A stretch of 64,000 bases of DNA from Pristiophorus japonicus (Eukaryota): contig NC_091984.1 in the NCBI RefSeq assembly GCF_044704955.1, positions 144,708,001-144,772,000 on the forward strand, given 5' to 3'. The position numbers and the translations under genes are program-made. Within the stretch, counting starts at the first letter, position 1; each line of letters starts with the position of its first letter. Of this stretch, positions 38,338-50,640 are shown in pieces. The notes beneath the pieces were generated by a model. The model was given only the letters and a program-made list of their open reading frames with translations. It was not told the origin of the DNA and did not search any database.

Positions 38338-38666
38338 CTACGCACATTCTGCTCTCCTGACTCCCTTGCTGAGGGGAGAGGAGAGGCTCTCATGGGTGAG
38401 GCTGCAGGAGAAGCTGGCGTTGGACTCCCAGTCGTAGCCAGAGAGGGTCAGCAGGCTGCTGACACTGTAGGTGTTGTCCGAAGCTCGCAGGTAGTCGCTG
38501 GTCTGGACCCCGGCCGAAATGGTTGCCCCGCCCTTCTTCCACTCCACCTCCACCGCATCGGGGTAGAAGTGATCGGCGAGGCACACCAGGGTGGCAGTGC
38601 CCTTGGTCGTGACCTCCTCCGGGGAGGGGGGCAGCAGGGTCAGCGTGGGTGGTGTCTTCCCTCGGC
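38338..38666 (-). CDS. IGKC: Immunoglobulin light-chain constant exon, kappa type (shark NS4/type III-like)
   Basis: Acceptor CTCCTCCCTTTCAG then phase-1 (S)RGKTPPTLTLLPPSPEEVTTKGTATLVCLADHFYPDAVEVEWKK...TYSVSSLLTLSGYDWESNASFSCSLTHESLSSPLSKGVRRAECA*; both C1-set Cys, the Trp and the penultimate interchain Cys are intact. Confidence 0.96.
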
Positions 38667-38914
38667 CTGAAAGGGAGGAGAAGGATGTTTAATAGATGTA
38701 TATTAGTGTGTGTGTGTGTGTGTGTGTGTCACTGTGGGTGTTTCCGTGTGGGGATAATTCACATCTGATAACGGAGAGCTGGGTTAATGAACTCCTGGCT
38801 GGCGATTAACCATTCGAGGCGAGCAACACTAATTCTTAATCTTCTTTGCCTCGCTTGATAAGTTTAATATAAATATAAATGTGTTTGAAGTTAAGGTTTT
38901 TTAAAAAAAAATCT

Positions 38915-39370
38915 TTCATTTATATTATGCCTTTCACAACCACCGGACATCTCAAAGCACTTTTCAGCCAATGAAGTACTTTTGGAGTGTCGTCACTGTT
39001 GTAATGTGGGAAACACGGCAGTCAATCTGCGCACAGCAAGCTCCCACAAACAGCGATGTGATAACGACCTGATAATCTGTTCTTTTGTCATGTTGGTTGA
39101 GGGATAAATATTGACCAGGGCACCGGGGAGAACTCCCCTGCTCTTCTTCAAAATAGGGGCATTGGATCTTTTACATCTACCTGAGAGGGCAGACGAGGCC
39201 TCAATTTAAAATTTCATCTGAGAGACGACACCTCCAACAGTGTTGCACTCCCTCAGCACTGCCCTGCAGTGTCAGCCTAGATTTTTGTGCTCAAGTGCCT
39301 GGTGTGGGACTTGAACCCACAACATTCTGAATCAGAGGCGAGAGTGCAACGCATTGAGCCACGGCTGATG
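38915..39370 (-). mobile_element. tRNA-derived Deu-domain SINE (SacSINE1-like), near full length
   Basis: A/B-box head GGCTCAATG..GGTTCAAGTCCCAC, central conserved domain, L2-like tail. Confidence 0.78.
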
Positions 39371-39602
39371 CTCAAAATCATACTGGGGTGAGGTCAAGAG
39401 TGAGGCTACAATTAGCCTCAGTGTACCAGGGTCAGGCAGGGTCACTGCTCCCAATGATCCCGTGACCTCCTGGAAGGTCAGAGTGCGCGGACAATGGCCG
39501 AGGGTCAGGATCAGGGCCCTCCCACTTCAATGAAAGAAAGCCTTGAATTTATATAGCGCCTTTCACAACCTCAGGATGTCCCAAGGTGCTTTACAACCAA
39601 TT

Positions 39603-42600
39603 GTACACAGGGAGATTTACGAGGATGTTGCCTGGACTGGAAAATTTTAGCTCTGAAGAAAGATTGGATAGGCTGGGGTTGTTTTCTTTGGAATAGAGGA
39701 GTCTGAGGGGAGACCTTATTGAGTTGTATAATATTATGAGGGGCCGAGATAGAGTGGATAGGACGGACATATTTCCTTAAGCAGATTGGCCAACAACCAG
39801 GGCATAGATTTTAAAGTAATTGCTAGGAGGTTTAGAGGGGATTTGAGGGGAAATAGCTTCACCCAGAGGGGGTGGGGGTCTGGAAGTCACTGACTGAAAG
39901 GGTGGTAGAGGCAGAAACTCACATCACTTTTAAAAATTACTTGGATGTACACTTGAAGTGCTGTAACCGACAGAGCTACGGACCAAGAGCTGAAAAGTAT
40001 GATTCGGCTGGATAGATCTTTGCCGGCCAGTGAAGACACGATGGGTCGAATGGCCTCCTTTCATGCTGTAAATTTCTCTGATTCTATGAAGCTTCCAGAC
40101 TGCAATGAGATCATAACCAGATCATCGGCTTTAACTATGTTAGTTGTGGGATAAATATTGGCCAGGACACTGAGAAGAACCCCCATGCCCTTCCAATAAT
40201 GATTATGAGATCTTTCATGTTCACTTAAGAGTGCAGATGGGACTTCGGTTTAATGTCTCATCTGAAAGACGGCACCTCTGACAGAGGGAGGATATGTTTG
40301 AAGGATCATCAAATGAGGCCATATGGTTTAAACTGATGAACAGAAAAGGGACGATCACACTGCTGGGAGTGTACTATCGACCCCTAAACAGTCAGAGGGA
40401 GATAGAAGAGAAAATATGTCGGCAAATTGCTGAGAAGTGCAAAAACAATCGGGCAGCAATAGTCAGGGATTTCAACTCCCCTCACATTAACTGGGATGGA
40501 ATCATGTCAAAGGTATAGAGGGTGCAGAATTCTTCAAATGCATTCAGGAGAACTTTTACAGCCAGTACGTAGCAAGCCCAGCAAGGGAGGCGCGGTTCTG
40601 GGCTTAGTTTTTGGGAATGAAGCTGGGCAGGTGGAAGGGAGATCAGTGAGAGAGCATTGTGGTGCTCGTGATCATAATTCAGTTAGATTTAGTGTAGTTA
40701 TGGAAAAGGACAAAGGTAGAGCAGGAATAAAGGTTCTCAATTGGGGAAAGGCCAATTTTACTAAGCTGAGAGGTGATTTAGCAAAAGTGGGTGGAAACAG
40801 CTACTTGAAGGTAAATCAGTGTCAGAGCAGTGGGAGGCATTCAAGAGGGAGATAGTGAGGGTTCAGAGCAAGTATGTTCCCACAAAGGAAATGGGTGGCA
40901 CTCCCAAATCTAGAGCCCCCTGGATGGCAAAGGGCGTACAGGATAGGTTATGGCAAAAAAGGGAAGCTTATGTCAGATACCCAGAGCTAAATACTGCAGA
41001 AAGCCCAGAGAAGTATAGAAAGTGCAGGGGTGAAATTAAAAAGGAAATTCGAAATGCAAAGAGAGGGCATGAAAAAATACTGGCAAGTAAAATCAAGGAA
41101 TACTCAAAGATGTTTTATAAATACATAAAGAGCAAGAGGATAACTAAAGAAAGAGTTGGGCCTATTGGAGACCAAAAAGGTACCCTGTGTGTGGAGGCGG
41201 AAGACGGGGAAATGGTTCTTAATGAATATTTTGCAGCTGTCTTCACAGAAGAGAGGGACGATGCAGACATTGTAATTAAGGAGGACAAGTGTGAAATATT
41301 AGATGAGATAAACATAGTGAGAGAAGAAGTATTAAGGAGCTTAGCATCTTTGATTGTAGAAAAATCACCAGGCCCGGATGAAATGTATCCCAGGTTTTTA
41401 AGAGAAGCAAGCGGGGATATAGCAGAGGCTCTGACCATCATTTTCCAATCTACTCTGGCGACAGGTGTGGTGCCAGAGGACTGGAGGACTGCTAACGTGT
41501 ACCTTTGTTTGAAAAGTGAGAAAGGGATAGACCGAGTAATTACAGGCCAGTCAGCCGAACCTTGGTGGAGGGAAAATTATTGGAAACAATAATTGTCATA
41601 TAGAAAGGGACATATTAATCAAGGACAGTCAGCATGGATTTATTCAGGGAAGGTCGTGCCTGACTAACTTGATTTAATTTATTGCGGAGATAACAAGGAG
41701 AGTCGATGAGTTTTGCATCTTTGATGTCGTACACATGGACTTTTGCAAGGTTTTTGGTGAGGTCTCACATGGCAGAAAAGTAAAAAGCCCAGGGATCCAA
41801 GGGAAAGTGGCAAGTTGGATCCAAAATTGGCTCAGTGGCAGGAAGCAAAGTGTAATGATCAACGGGTGTTTTTGTGACTGGAAGGCTGTTTCATGTCGGG
41901 TTTCAAGCCAGGTTTGCTGATAATACAAAGATGGGAGGAAAAGCAATGTGTGATGAGAATACAAAAAACCTGCAAAAAGACATAGACAGGCAAAGTGAGT
42001 GGGCAAAAATTTGGCAGATCGAGTATAATGTTGGAAAGTGTGAGGTTATGCACATTGGCAGAAAAAAATCAAAGAGCAAGTTATTATTCCAATGGAGAAA
42101 AATTGCAAAGTGCTGTAGTACAGCGGGACCTGGGGGTACTTGTGCATGAAACACAAAAGGATAGTATGCAGGTACAGCAAGTGATCAGGAAGGCCAATGG
42201 AATCTTGGCCATTAATGCAATGGGGATGGAGTATAAAAGCAGGGAAGTCTAGCTACAGTTATACAGGGTATTGGTGAGGCCATAGCTGGAATACTGCGTG
42301 CAGTTTTGGCTTCAATATTTAAGAAAGGATAGACTTGCTTTGGAGGCAGTTCAGAGAAGGTTCATTCGGTTGATTCCAGAGATGAGGGGGGGTTTGTCTT
42401 TTGAAGAAAAGTTGAGTAGGTTGGGCCTCGACTCATTGGAATTCAGAAGAATGAGAGGTGATCTTATCAAAACATGTAAGATTATGAGGGGCCATGCAAG
42501 GTGGATGCAGAGAGGATGTTTCCACTGATAAGGGAGACTAGAACTAGGGGGCTTAATCTTAGAATAAGTGGCCGCCCATTTAAAACTGAGATGAGGAGGA

Positions 42601-44466
42601 ATTTCTTCTCTCAGAATCTTTAATCTCTAAGTATTCTCTAATCTCCAGATTACTCCCGGTGCCACGAGCTGGTGAATACAGAAACAGGAGGATAGAGCAG
42701 ATGAATGCGTGACGGGAGAGATGGTGCAGGCGGGATGCTTTAGGTTCCTGAGGCATTGGGACCGTTTCTGGGGGAGGTGGGACCTGTACAAGCCGACCGG
42801 GTTGCTCCTCAACAGAGCCGGGACCAATAGCCACGAGTGGGGCATTTGCTCGTGCTGTTGGGGAGGGTTTAAACTATCTTGGCAGGGGGATGGGAACTGG
42901 AGAATAGATTCAGTAGGGAGGGGAGAAAAGCTGGAATTAGAAATCAAAAATAAGGAAAGTGAGTTTGAAGGAGAGAGGAAACAAGCAGATAAAAAGGGTA
43001 AAAAAACAAATTTAAAGGCTCTTTGCCTAAATAACAAAATAGCTGAGTTGATGGCACAAATAGATACAAATGAATATGATCTGATAGCCATTACAGAGAC
43101 GTGGTTGCAAGGTGACCAGGACTGAGAACTAAATACTCAGGAGTCCTTGACAATCTGCAAAGGACAGACAGAAAGGTAAAGTAGGTGGGGTAGCTCTGTT
43201 GACAAAGGATGGAATTACTGCAATAGTGAGAAATTATATTGGCTCAAATGATCAGGATGTTGAAACTGTTTGGGAGGAGATGAGGAATAATAAGAGGAAA
43301 AAGTCACTGGTGGGCATAGTCTATAGGTCCCCTAACAGTAGCAACTCTGTTGGTCGGAGTATAAACCAAGAAATAGTGGGGGCTTGTAAAAATGGAACAG
43401 CAATAATTATGGGTGATTTTAACCTCCACATTGATTGGATAAATCAAATTGGTCAGGGTAGTCTTGAGGAAGAGTTCATAGAGTACATAAGGGACGGGTT
43501 CCTTGAGCAGTCTGTAATGGAACCAACCAGGGGGCAGGCTATCTTAGATCTGGTCCTGTGTAATGAGACAGGATTAATAAACAATCTCCCAGTAAAGGAT
43601 CCCCTTGGACTGAGTGATGATAACATGATTCAATTTCAAATTCAGATGGAGGGTGAGAAAGATGGATCTCTAACCAGCATACTAAGCTTAAATAAAGGAG
43701 ACTACAAAGGTATAAGTGCAGAGTTGGCTAAAATGGACTGGGAAAATAGATTAAAGTGTAGGACGGCTGATGAACAGTGGCGTACATATGAAGGAGATAT
43801 TTCACAACTCTCAAGAAAAATATATTCTAGTGAGGAGGAAAGGGTGCAAAAGAAAAGATAGCCATCCGTGGCTAACGAAAGAAATAAAGAACGGTATCCA
43901 ATTAAAAACAAGGGCATACAAAGTGGCCAAAACTAGTGGAAGGACAGAAGATTGGGAAGCTTTAAAAGCCAACAAAGAATGACTAAAAAAATGATTAAGA
44001 AAGGGAAGATCGACGATGAAAGTAAACGAGCACAAAATATAAAAACAGATAGCAAGAGTTTCTATCGGTATATAAAAAGGAAAAGAGTGGCTAAAGTAAA
44101 TGATGGTCCCTGAGAGGACAAAACCAGGGAATTAGTGATGAGGAACATGGAGATGGCAGAAACTCTGAACAAAGATTTTGTATCAGTCTTTACGGTAGAG
44201 GACACTGAGATGAGGAGGAATTTCTTCTCTCAGAGGGTTGTACATCTGTGGAATTTGCTGCCTCAGAGAGCTGTGGAGGCTGGGTCATTGAATATATTTA
44301 AGACAGAGATAGACAGTTTCATAACCAATAAGGGAATAAGGGGTTATGGGGAGCGGGCAGGGAAGTTGACCTGAGTCCATGATCGGATTGGCCATGATCG
44401 TATTAAATGGTGGAGCAGGCTCGAGGGGCTGTGTGGCCTACTCCCGCTCCTATTTCGTATGTTCTT
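39603..44466 (+). mobile_element. Stack of decayed CR1 LINE fragments
   Basis: Endonuclease (GVYYRP, MGDFN, ILDLVL) and RT motifs in ORFs 40294-43861; 3' tails at ~40088 and ~44466. Confidence 0.88.
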
Positions 44467-44544
44467 AAAGTGAGGAGGAGTGGGACTAATTGGGTAAATC
44501 TTTCAAAGAGCCGGCACAGGCACGATGGGCCGAATGGCCTCCTT

Positions 44545-44795
44545 CTGTGCTGTAAGATTCTAAGCTGTCAGCGCGGTTCACAGTTTTCTCCCGTGTCATT
44601 AACAAACGTACAGCTGTGACAACCTCCCTCTTTCACTTCCTCTGTGGGTGAAGTTTCATTCTTCCGATCTGACAATCTCTTCAGTTATTTTTTGCACAGG
44701 GGATTTCTGCTGTGGTCTGAGTCTCTAATAATAACTGTCCAATCAGGCAGAATAACAGCAGCTCGGACCGGCTCGGACAGCGGACCCAGGCTCAG
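44545..44795 (-). promoter_or_regulatory. Putative B-cell enhancer-like element, copy 1
   Basis: CAGCTG 44611-44616, EICE TTTCACTTCC 44631-44640, GTTTCATTCTTCC 44653-44665, kB-like GGGGATTTCT 44699-44708, RUNX TGTGGT 44711-44716, CCAAT 44739-44743. Confidence 0.5.
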
Positions 44796-45049
44796 TGCTG
44801 ACCCTGCAACGTCCTCCTCACCAACATCTGGGGACTTGTGCCAAAAGTGGGAGAGCTGCCCCACAGACTAGTCAAGCACCAGTTTGACATAGTCCTACTC
44901 ACAGAATCATACCTTTCAGCCAATGTCCTACTGCACCCCCACCACTGACCTTCCTGCTCCCGAAATCCGTGAATCCTTAAACAGGAACCCGTTTGAAGAA
45001 CAGTTTGTATTGAAGTTCTGGGTGTGAAAGAGTCTGTGCTGAGAAAACA

Positions 45050-48000
45050 ATCACTATCACGAGAGAAAAAGTTACTCGGTAAAATAATGGAACTAAAGGT
45101 GGACAAGTCCCCTGTACCTCATGGCCTGCATCCTAGGCTCTTAAATGGAGTGCCTGCAGAGATAGTGGATGCATTGGTTGAAATGCATCAGAGGATCTAG
45201 TGAGGAGGAGGAACTGAAGGATATCCTTGTTCGGCGGGAAATTGTGTAAGTGAAATTGATGGGATTGAAGGCCGATAAATCCCCAGGGCCTGATAGTCTG
45301 CATCCCAGAGTACTTAAGGATGTGGCCCTAGAAATAGCGGATGCATTTGTGATAATTTTCCAACAGTCTACTGACTCTGGATCAGTTCCTTTGGACTGGA
45401 GGGTAGCTAATGTAACACCACTTTTTAAAAAGGGAGGGAGAGAGAAAGTGGGTAATTATGGACCGGTTAGCCTGACATCAGTAGTGGGGAAAATGTTGGA
45501 ATCAATTATTAAGGATGAAATAGCAGCTCAATTGGAAAGCAGTGACAGGATTGGTCCAAGTCAGCATGGATTTATAAAGGGGAAATCATGCTTGACAAAT
45601 CTTCTGGAATTTTTTGAGGATGTAACTGGGAGAGTAGACAAGGGAGAACCAGTGGATGTGGTGTATTTGGACTTTCAAAAGGCTTTTGACTAGATCCCAC
45701 ACAGGAGATTGGTGTGCAAAACCAAAGCACTTGGTATTGGGGGTAATATACTGACGCGGATAGAGAACTGGTTGGCAGACAGGAAGCAGAGAGTCGGGAT
45801 AAATTGGACTTTTCAGAATGGCAGGCAGTGACTAGTGGAGTGCCACAGGGCTCAGTGCTGGGACCCCAGCTCTTTACAATATACATCAATGATTTGGATG
45901 AAGGAATTGAGTGTAATATTTCCAAGTTTGCAGATGACACTAAACTGGGTGGCAGTGTGAGCTGTGAGAGGGACGCTAGGAGGCTGCAGGGTGAATTGGA
46001 CAGGTTAGGTGAGTGGGCAAATGCATGGCAGATGCAGTATAATGTGGATAAATGTGAGGTTATCCACTTTGGGGGTAAAAATGCGAAGACAGAATATTAT
46101 CTGAATGGTGGCAGATTCGGAAAAGGGGAGGTGCAATGAGACCTGGGTGTCATGGTTCATCAGTCATTGAAAGTTGGCATACAGGTACAGCAGGCGGTGA
46201 GGAATGTAAATGGTATGTTGGCCTTCATTGCTAGGCGATTGGAGTACAGGAGCAGGGAGGCCTTACTGCAGTTGTACAGGGCCTTAGTGAGGCCTCACCT
46301 GGAATATTGTGTTCAGTTTTGGTCTCCTAATCTGAGGAAGGACGTTCTTGCTATTGAGGGAGTGCAGCGAAGGTTCATCAGACTGATTCCCGGGATGGCT
46401 GGACTGACATACGAGGAGAGACTGGATCAACTGGGCCTGTATTCACTGGAGTTTAGAAGGATGAGATGGGATCTCATAGAAACATATAAAATTCTGATGA
46501 GACTGGACAGATTAGATGTGGGTAGAATGTGCCCGATGTTGGGGAAGTCCAGAACCAGGGGACACAGTCTTAGGATAAGGGGTAGGCCATTTAGGACTGT
46601 GATGAGGAGAAACTTCTTCAATCAGAGAGTTGTTAACCTGTGGAATTCCCTGCCGCAGAGATTTGTTGATGCCAGTTCATTAGGTATATTCAAGAGGGAG
46701 TTAGATATGGCCCTTACTGCTAAGGGGATCAAGGGATATGGAGAGAAAGCAGGAAAGGGGTACTAAGGGAATGATCAGTCATGATCTTATTGAATGGTGG
46801 TGCAGGCTCGAAGGGCCGAATGGCCTACTCCTGCACCTATTTTCTATGTTTCTATGTAAATCTACCAAAGTTCCCTGGATTCTGGAGATGTCCCAGCAGA
46901 TTGGAAAACCGCAAATATAACGACCCTATTTACAAAAGGAAGGAGACAGAAAACAGTAAACTATAGACCAGTTAGCCTAACATCTGCCGTTGGGAAAATG
47001 CTGGTGTCCATTATTAAGAAAGCAGTAATAGGACATTTGGAAAAGCATAATTCAGTCAAGCAGTCAGCATGGACTTATGAAAGGGAAATCATGTTTGACA
47101 CATTTGCTGGAGTTCTTTGAGGAAGTAATGCGCAGGGTGGATATGGGGGAACAAGTGGATGCGGTGTATTTGTATTTCCAGAAGGGATTCAATAAGGTGC
47201 CTCATAAAAGAATACCGCACACGATGAGAGAAAATGGGGTTGGTGCTAATATATTAGCATGGTTCGAGGATTGGCTAACTAACAGAAAACAGAGAGTCAA
47301 GATAAATGGGTCATTTTCTGGTCGGCAACCAGTAACTCGTGGGGTTTCACAGGGATCGGTGTTGGGGCCTCACCTATTTACAATCTATATTAATAACTTG
47401 GATGAATGGACTGAGTGTAAAAAGTCGAAGAGCAAATTATTATTTAAATGGAGAAAGATTACAAAATGCTGTAGTACAGAGGGACCTGGGGGCCCTTGTG
47501 TACGAAACACAAAAAGTTAGTATGCAGATACAGCAAGTAATCAGGAAGCAAATGGAATGTTGGCCTTAATTGCAAGGGGGATGGAATATAAAAGCAGGGA
47601 AGTCCTGCTACATCTGTACAGGGTATTGGTGAGACCGAGAGTACTGTGTACAGTTTTGGTCTCCTTATGTAAGGAGGGATATATTTGCACTGGAGGCAGT
47701 TCAGAGAAGGTTCACAAGGTTGATTCCTGAGATGAAGGGGCTGACTTATGAAGAAAGGTTGAGCAGGTTAATCAGAACATAAGAAATAGGAACAGGAGTA
47801 GGACATACGGCCCCTCCGCCATTCAATAAGGTCATGGCTGATCTGATCATGGACTCAGCTCAACTTCCACGCCTGCTCAACATATTCTTGTAAACTCCAA
47901 AGAGTATGAGAGGTGAACTTATTGAAACATATAAGATTCTGTGGGGACTCGACAAGATGGATGCAGTGAGGATATTTCCACTCATAGGGGAACCTAGAAC

Positions 48001-48307
48001 GAGCGGGCAGAGTTTAAGTATAAGGGGTCGGTCATTTGGAACTGAGATGAGGAGGAATTTCTTCTCTCAGAGGGTTGTAAATCTGTGCAATTCTCTGCCC
48101 CAGAGAGCTGTGGAGGCTGGGTCATTGAATATATTGAAGGTGGCGGTAGATGGATTTTTGAACGATAAGGCAGTAAAGGGTTCTGGATAGCAGGCAGGGA
48201 AGTGGAGCTGAGCCCATTATCAGATCAGCCATGATCTTATTGAATGCGCGGAGCAGGCTCGAGGGGCCAAATGGCCTAGTCCTGCTCCTATTTCTTATGT
48301 TCTTATG
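45050..48307 (+). mobile_element. Nested CR1 LINE ORF2 fragments
   Basis: ORFs 45250-46766 and 47077-48190 with [25 protein letters not shown]; tails at ~46857 and ~48307. Confidence 0.9.
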
Positions 48308-48793
48308 ATTCTTTGGCTGAGAATTTCCCTGGTCTAGCACCAGCCAATAAGAGGGTTTTGTTCAAATAATCGCAGCCGCCTTGCTTGCGGCCCGGGACAT
48401 GTCATCCACCATTTTGGTAAGGGCCGTACCGCTGTCGTTGGCAGCACTCGCCTCACAATGAGGATTGTCAGATGGTGACACCAATGCCTGGCTCGAGCCA
48501 TGACTGTTAATTGGGGCTTTTGCGCTCACCATATGGCACTGCCCTAAGCACACACAGAAAAGCAGGCGTGAAGCAGCCCTGCACAGATGCTGTTGGTGCT
48601 TCTTAACGGGGCACACATCTTTCAGGTATGTTTGCATTTAAGCTCTGGTCTGTTTTAAACAATATATTTTATGGAAGTAGTAGCTTGGTGCAATAAATGT
48701 TAAATATTTTCTCAGTGTGCAGGGAATGCAAGGGGTGCTGCTGGACGTGTTCAAGGCCTTGGGTGGTAAAGGAAGGTCCCTGGAAAGACTGAG

Positions 48794-48895
48794 AATGCTG
48801 GAAATACTCAGCAGGTCAGGCTGCATCCATGGAGAGAGACAGAATTAACGTTTCAGCTCAAGCTGCTGTCTGACCTGCTGAGTATTTCCAGCATT
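48794..48895. repeat. Short palindromic element (26-bp perfect stem, 50-nt loop)
   Basis: AATGCTGGAAATACTCAGCAGGTCAG 48794-48819 and its reverse complement at 48870-48895. Confidence 0.9.
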
Positions 48896-49399
48896 TACTG
48901 TCTTTATTTCAGATTTCCAGCTTCTGCTCGCAAAGGGAGGAGGAGGAAGTGGAAGGAAGGAGGCAACCCAGACAGCCACTTTCTGGCCGGGATATCCGGG
49001 ATCGAATCATCCGCCTGTGGTCCCAGTGACACATCCCCAATCCCTTTTCAACATTAGTCCCATACATTACCGTCCCTCTGTTACTGACCATCACAGCGTC
49101 CTCTTGGCCACAGTGCTGAAATAAAATCGTGAATCTTCGGAAATCTCTATTCCAGAGAGCTGTGGAGGCTGGGTCATTGAATATATTTAAGATGGAGATA
49201 GACAGATTCTTGAACTACGGGGAGTCACAGGTTGTGGGGAACAGGTGGGGAAGTGGAGTTGAGGCCAAGGTCAGATCAGCCATTACCTTATTGAATGGTG
49301 GACCAGCTCGAGAGGCCGTACGGCCCACTCCTGTTCCTTTCCCTTATATTCTTGTGTATGAGTCCTGATTGCTAGAGTTTGTTGGTAGGTGGGTGATGG

Positions 49400-50640
49400 G
49401 GGCGTGGTGCATTGAGCAGCGTGTGAGGCTAGTGGTGCTGTTGGTGGGACACGGACTTTGAAGATGAATTCTTTGACCTTGACCACTCCGTTAGGTCATT
49501 GAACATTTGGTGGCACTGCATCCAGGTCCTCAGGTCCTGGTCTCACTGCCTTTGAAACGTTTGTCTGGTGCAGCCTCCTCGCCCCCTTGGATAGAGAACA
49601 TCTCTACCCCCTCTGCACCTCTCGCTTGGTGGCAACACTGTTTCAGACCCTGATGAGTTCCTGGTAAAAGACATGCAGCCCCGCATGGTGCTCCTGATGC
49701 CCCCAGGCTCACAAACAGGAGCTGCGTGTCATAATTGAGGCAGTACTGCTGGCGGAAGAAATATGTCATCAGCGCACACCATCTAGGAAGGGGCTCGACG
49801 TACAGGTATCTCTGCAGGATCTGAAGACGGAAAGTCGCATGCTGGGTACTGACGCACACCAACGCCTGACCGCCCTCCCTAAGTAGGAGACTCAGAACCA
49901 CAGCAGAGACCCAGTGCTTCCTGTTGTCCAGAAGAAGTCCACCAGCTTCTTCTGTATCTTGGCGACAAAAGCAGGGCAGGGCAGGGGGGGGGGGGGGGGG
50001 GAAAGTGACCAGCCAGTACCACAGCATAGCGGCCACTAGCTGGTTTATGACTAGCGCTCGACCCCTGTAGGACAGCACTTGGAACAGTCCTGTCCAGCGC
50101 CCTCGGCGTGCGGCAACTTTGTCCTCCAGCTCCTGCCAGTTCACCGGCCAGGCTTCCTCATCAGGGCTAAGGTAGACTCCCACATAGAGGAGATGGGTCA
50201 TGCTCCAGGAAAAAGGCCTGAACTCCTCCGGCAGGGAGTTCATCTGCCAGTGACTGACCAGGAGTCCGGAACATTTCTCCCAATTGATCCTGGCGAAGGA
50301 TGCGGCCGAGTAAATCTCCTGGCACTCATGCATCCTCAGTAGGTCAATGGAATCCTTGACCATGAGGAGCACATCATCAGTGTAAGCCGAGAGGACAACC
50401 TCCATGCCCAGCCCTTACAGAGCCAGTCCCGTCAACCTCTTCCGCAAGAGGCGCAGGAAAGGCTCCACGCAGATGGCATATAACTGGCCATACATTGGGC
50501 ATCCCTGGCACACCCCTTTCCCAAAGTGAAGGGACGCCGTCAAAGACCCGTTAACCGTAATCAGACAATCCATGGCGGCGTACAAAAGTCAAAATATGGG
50601 CGACGAAATGTGTCCCAAACCCGAAAGCATGCAGAGCCTC
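49400..50640 (-). mobile_element. Tx1/L1-clade LINE RT fragment
   Basis: ORF 49530-50405 SAYTDDV..SFARINWEKCSGL..LSYRGRALVINQL. Confidence 0.85.

Noticed and set aside
38098-38670. 190-aa plus-strand ORF
   Set aside because: Antisense shadow of the GC-rich Ig C exon
39290-39370. tRNA gene
   Set aside because: A/B boxes belong to a SINE head; no complete cloverleaf is evident
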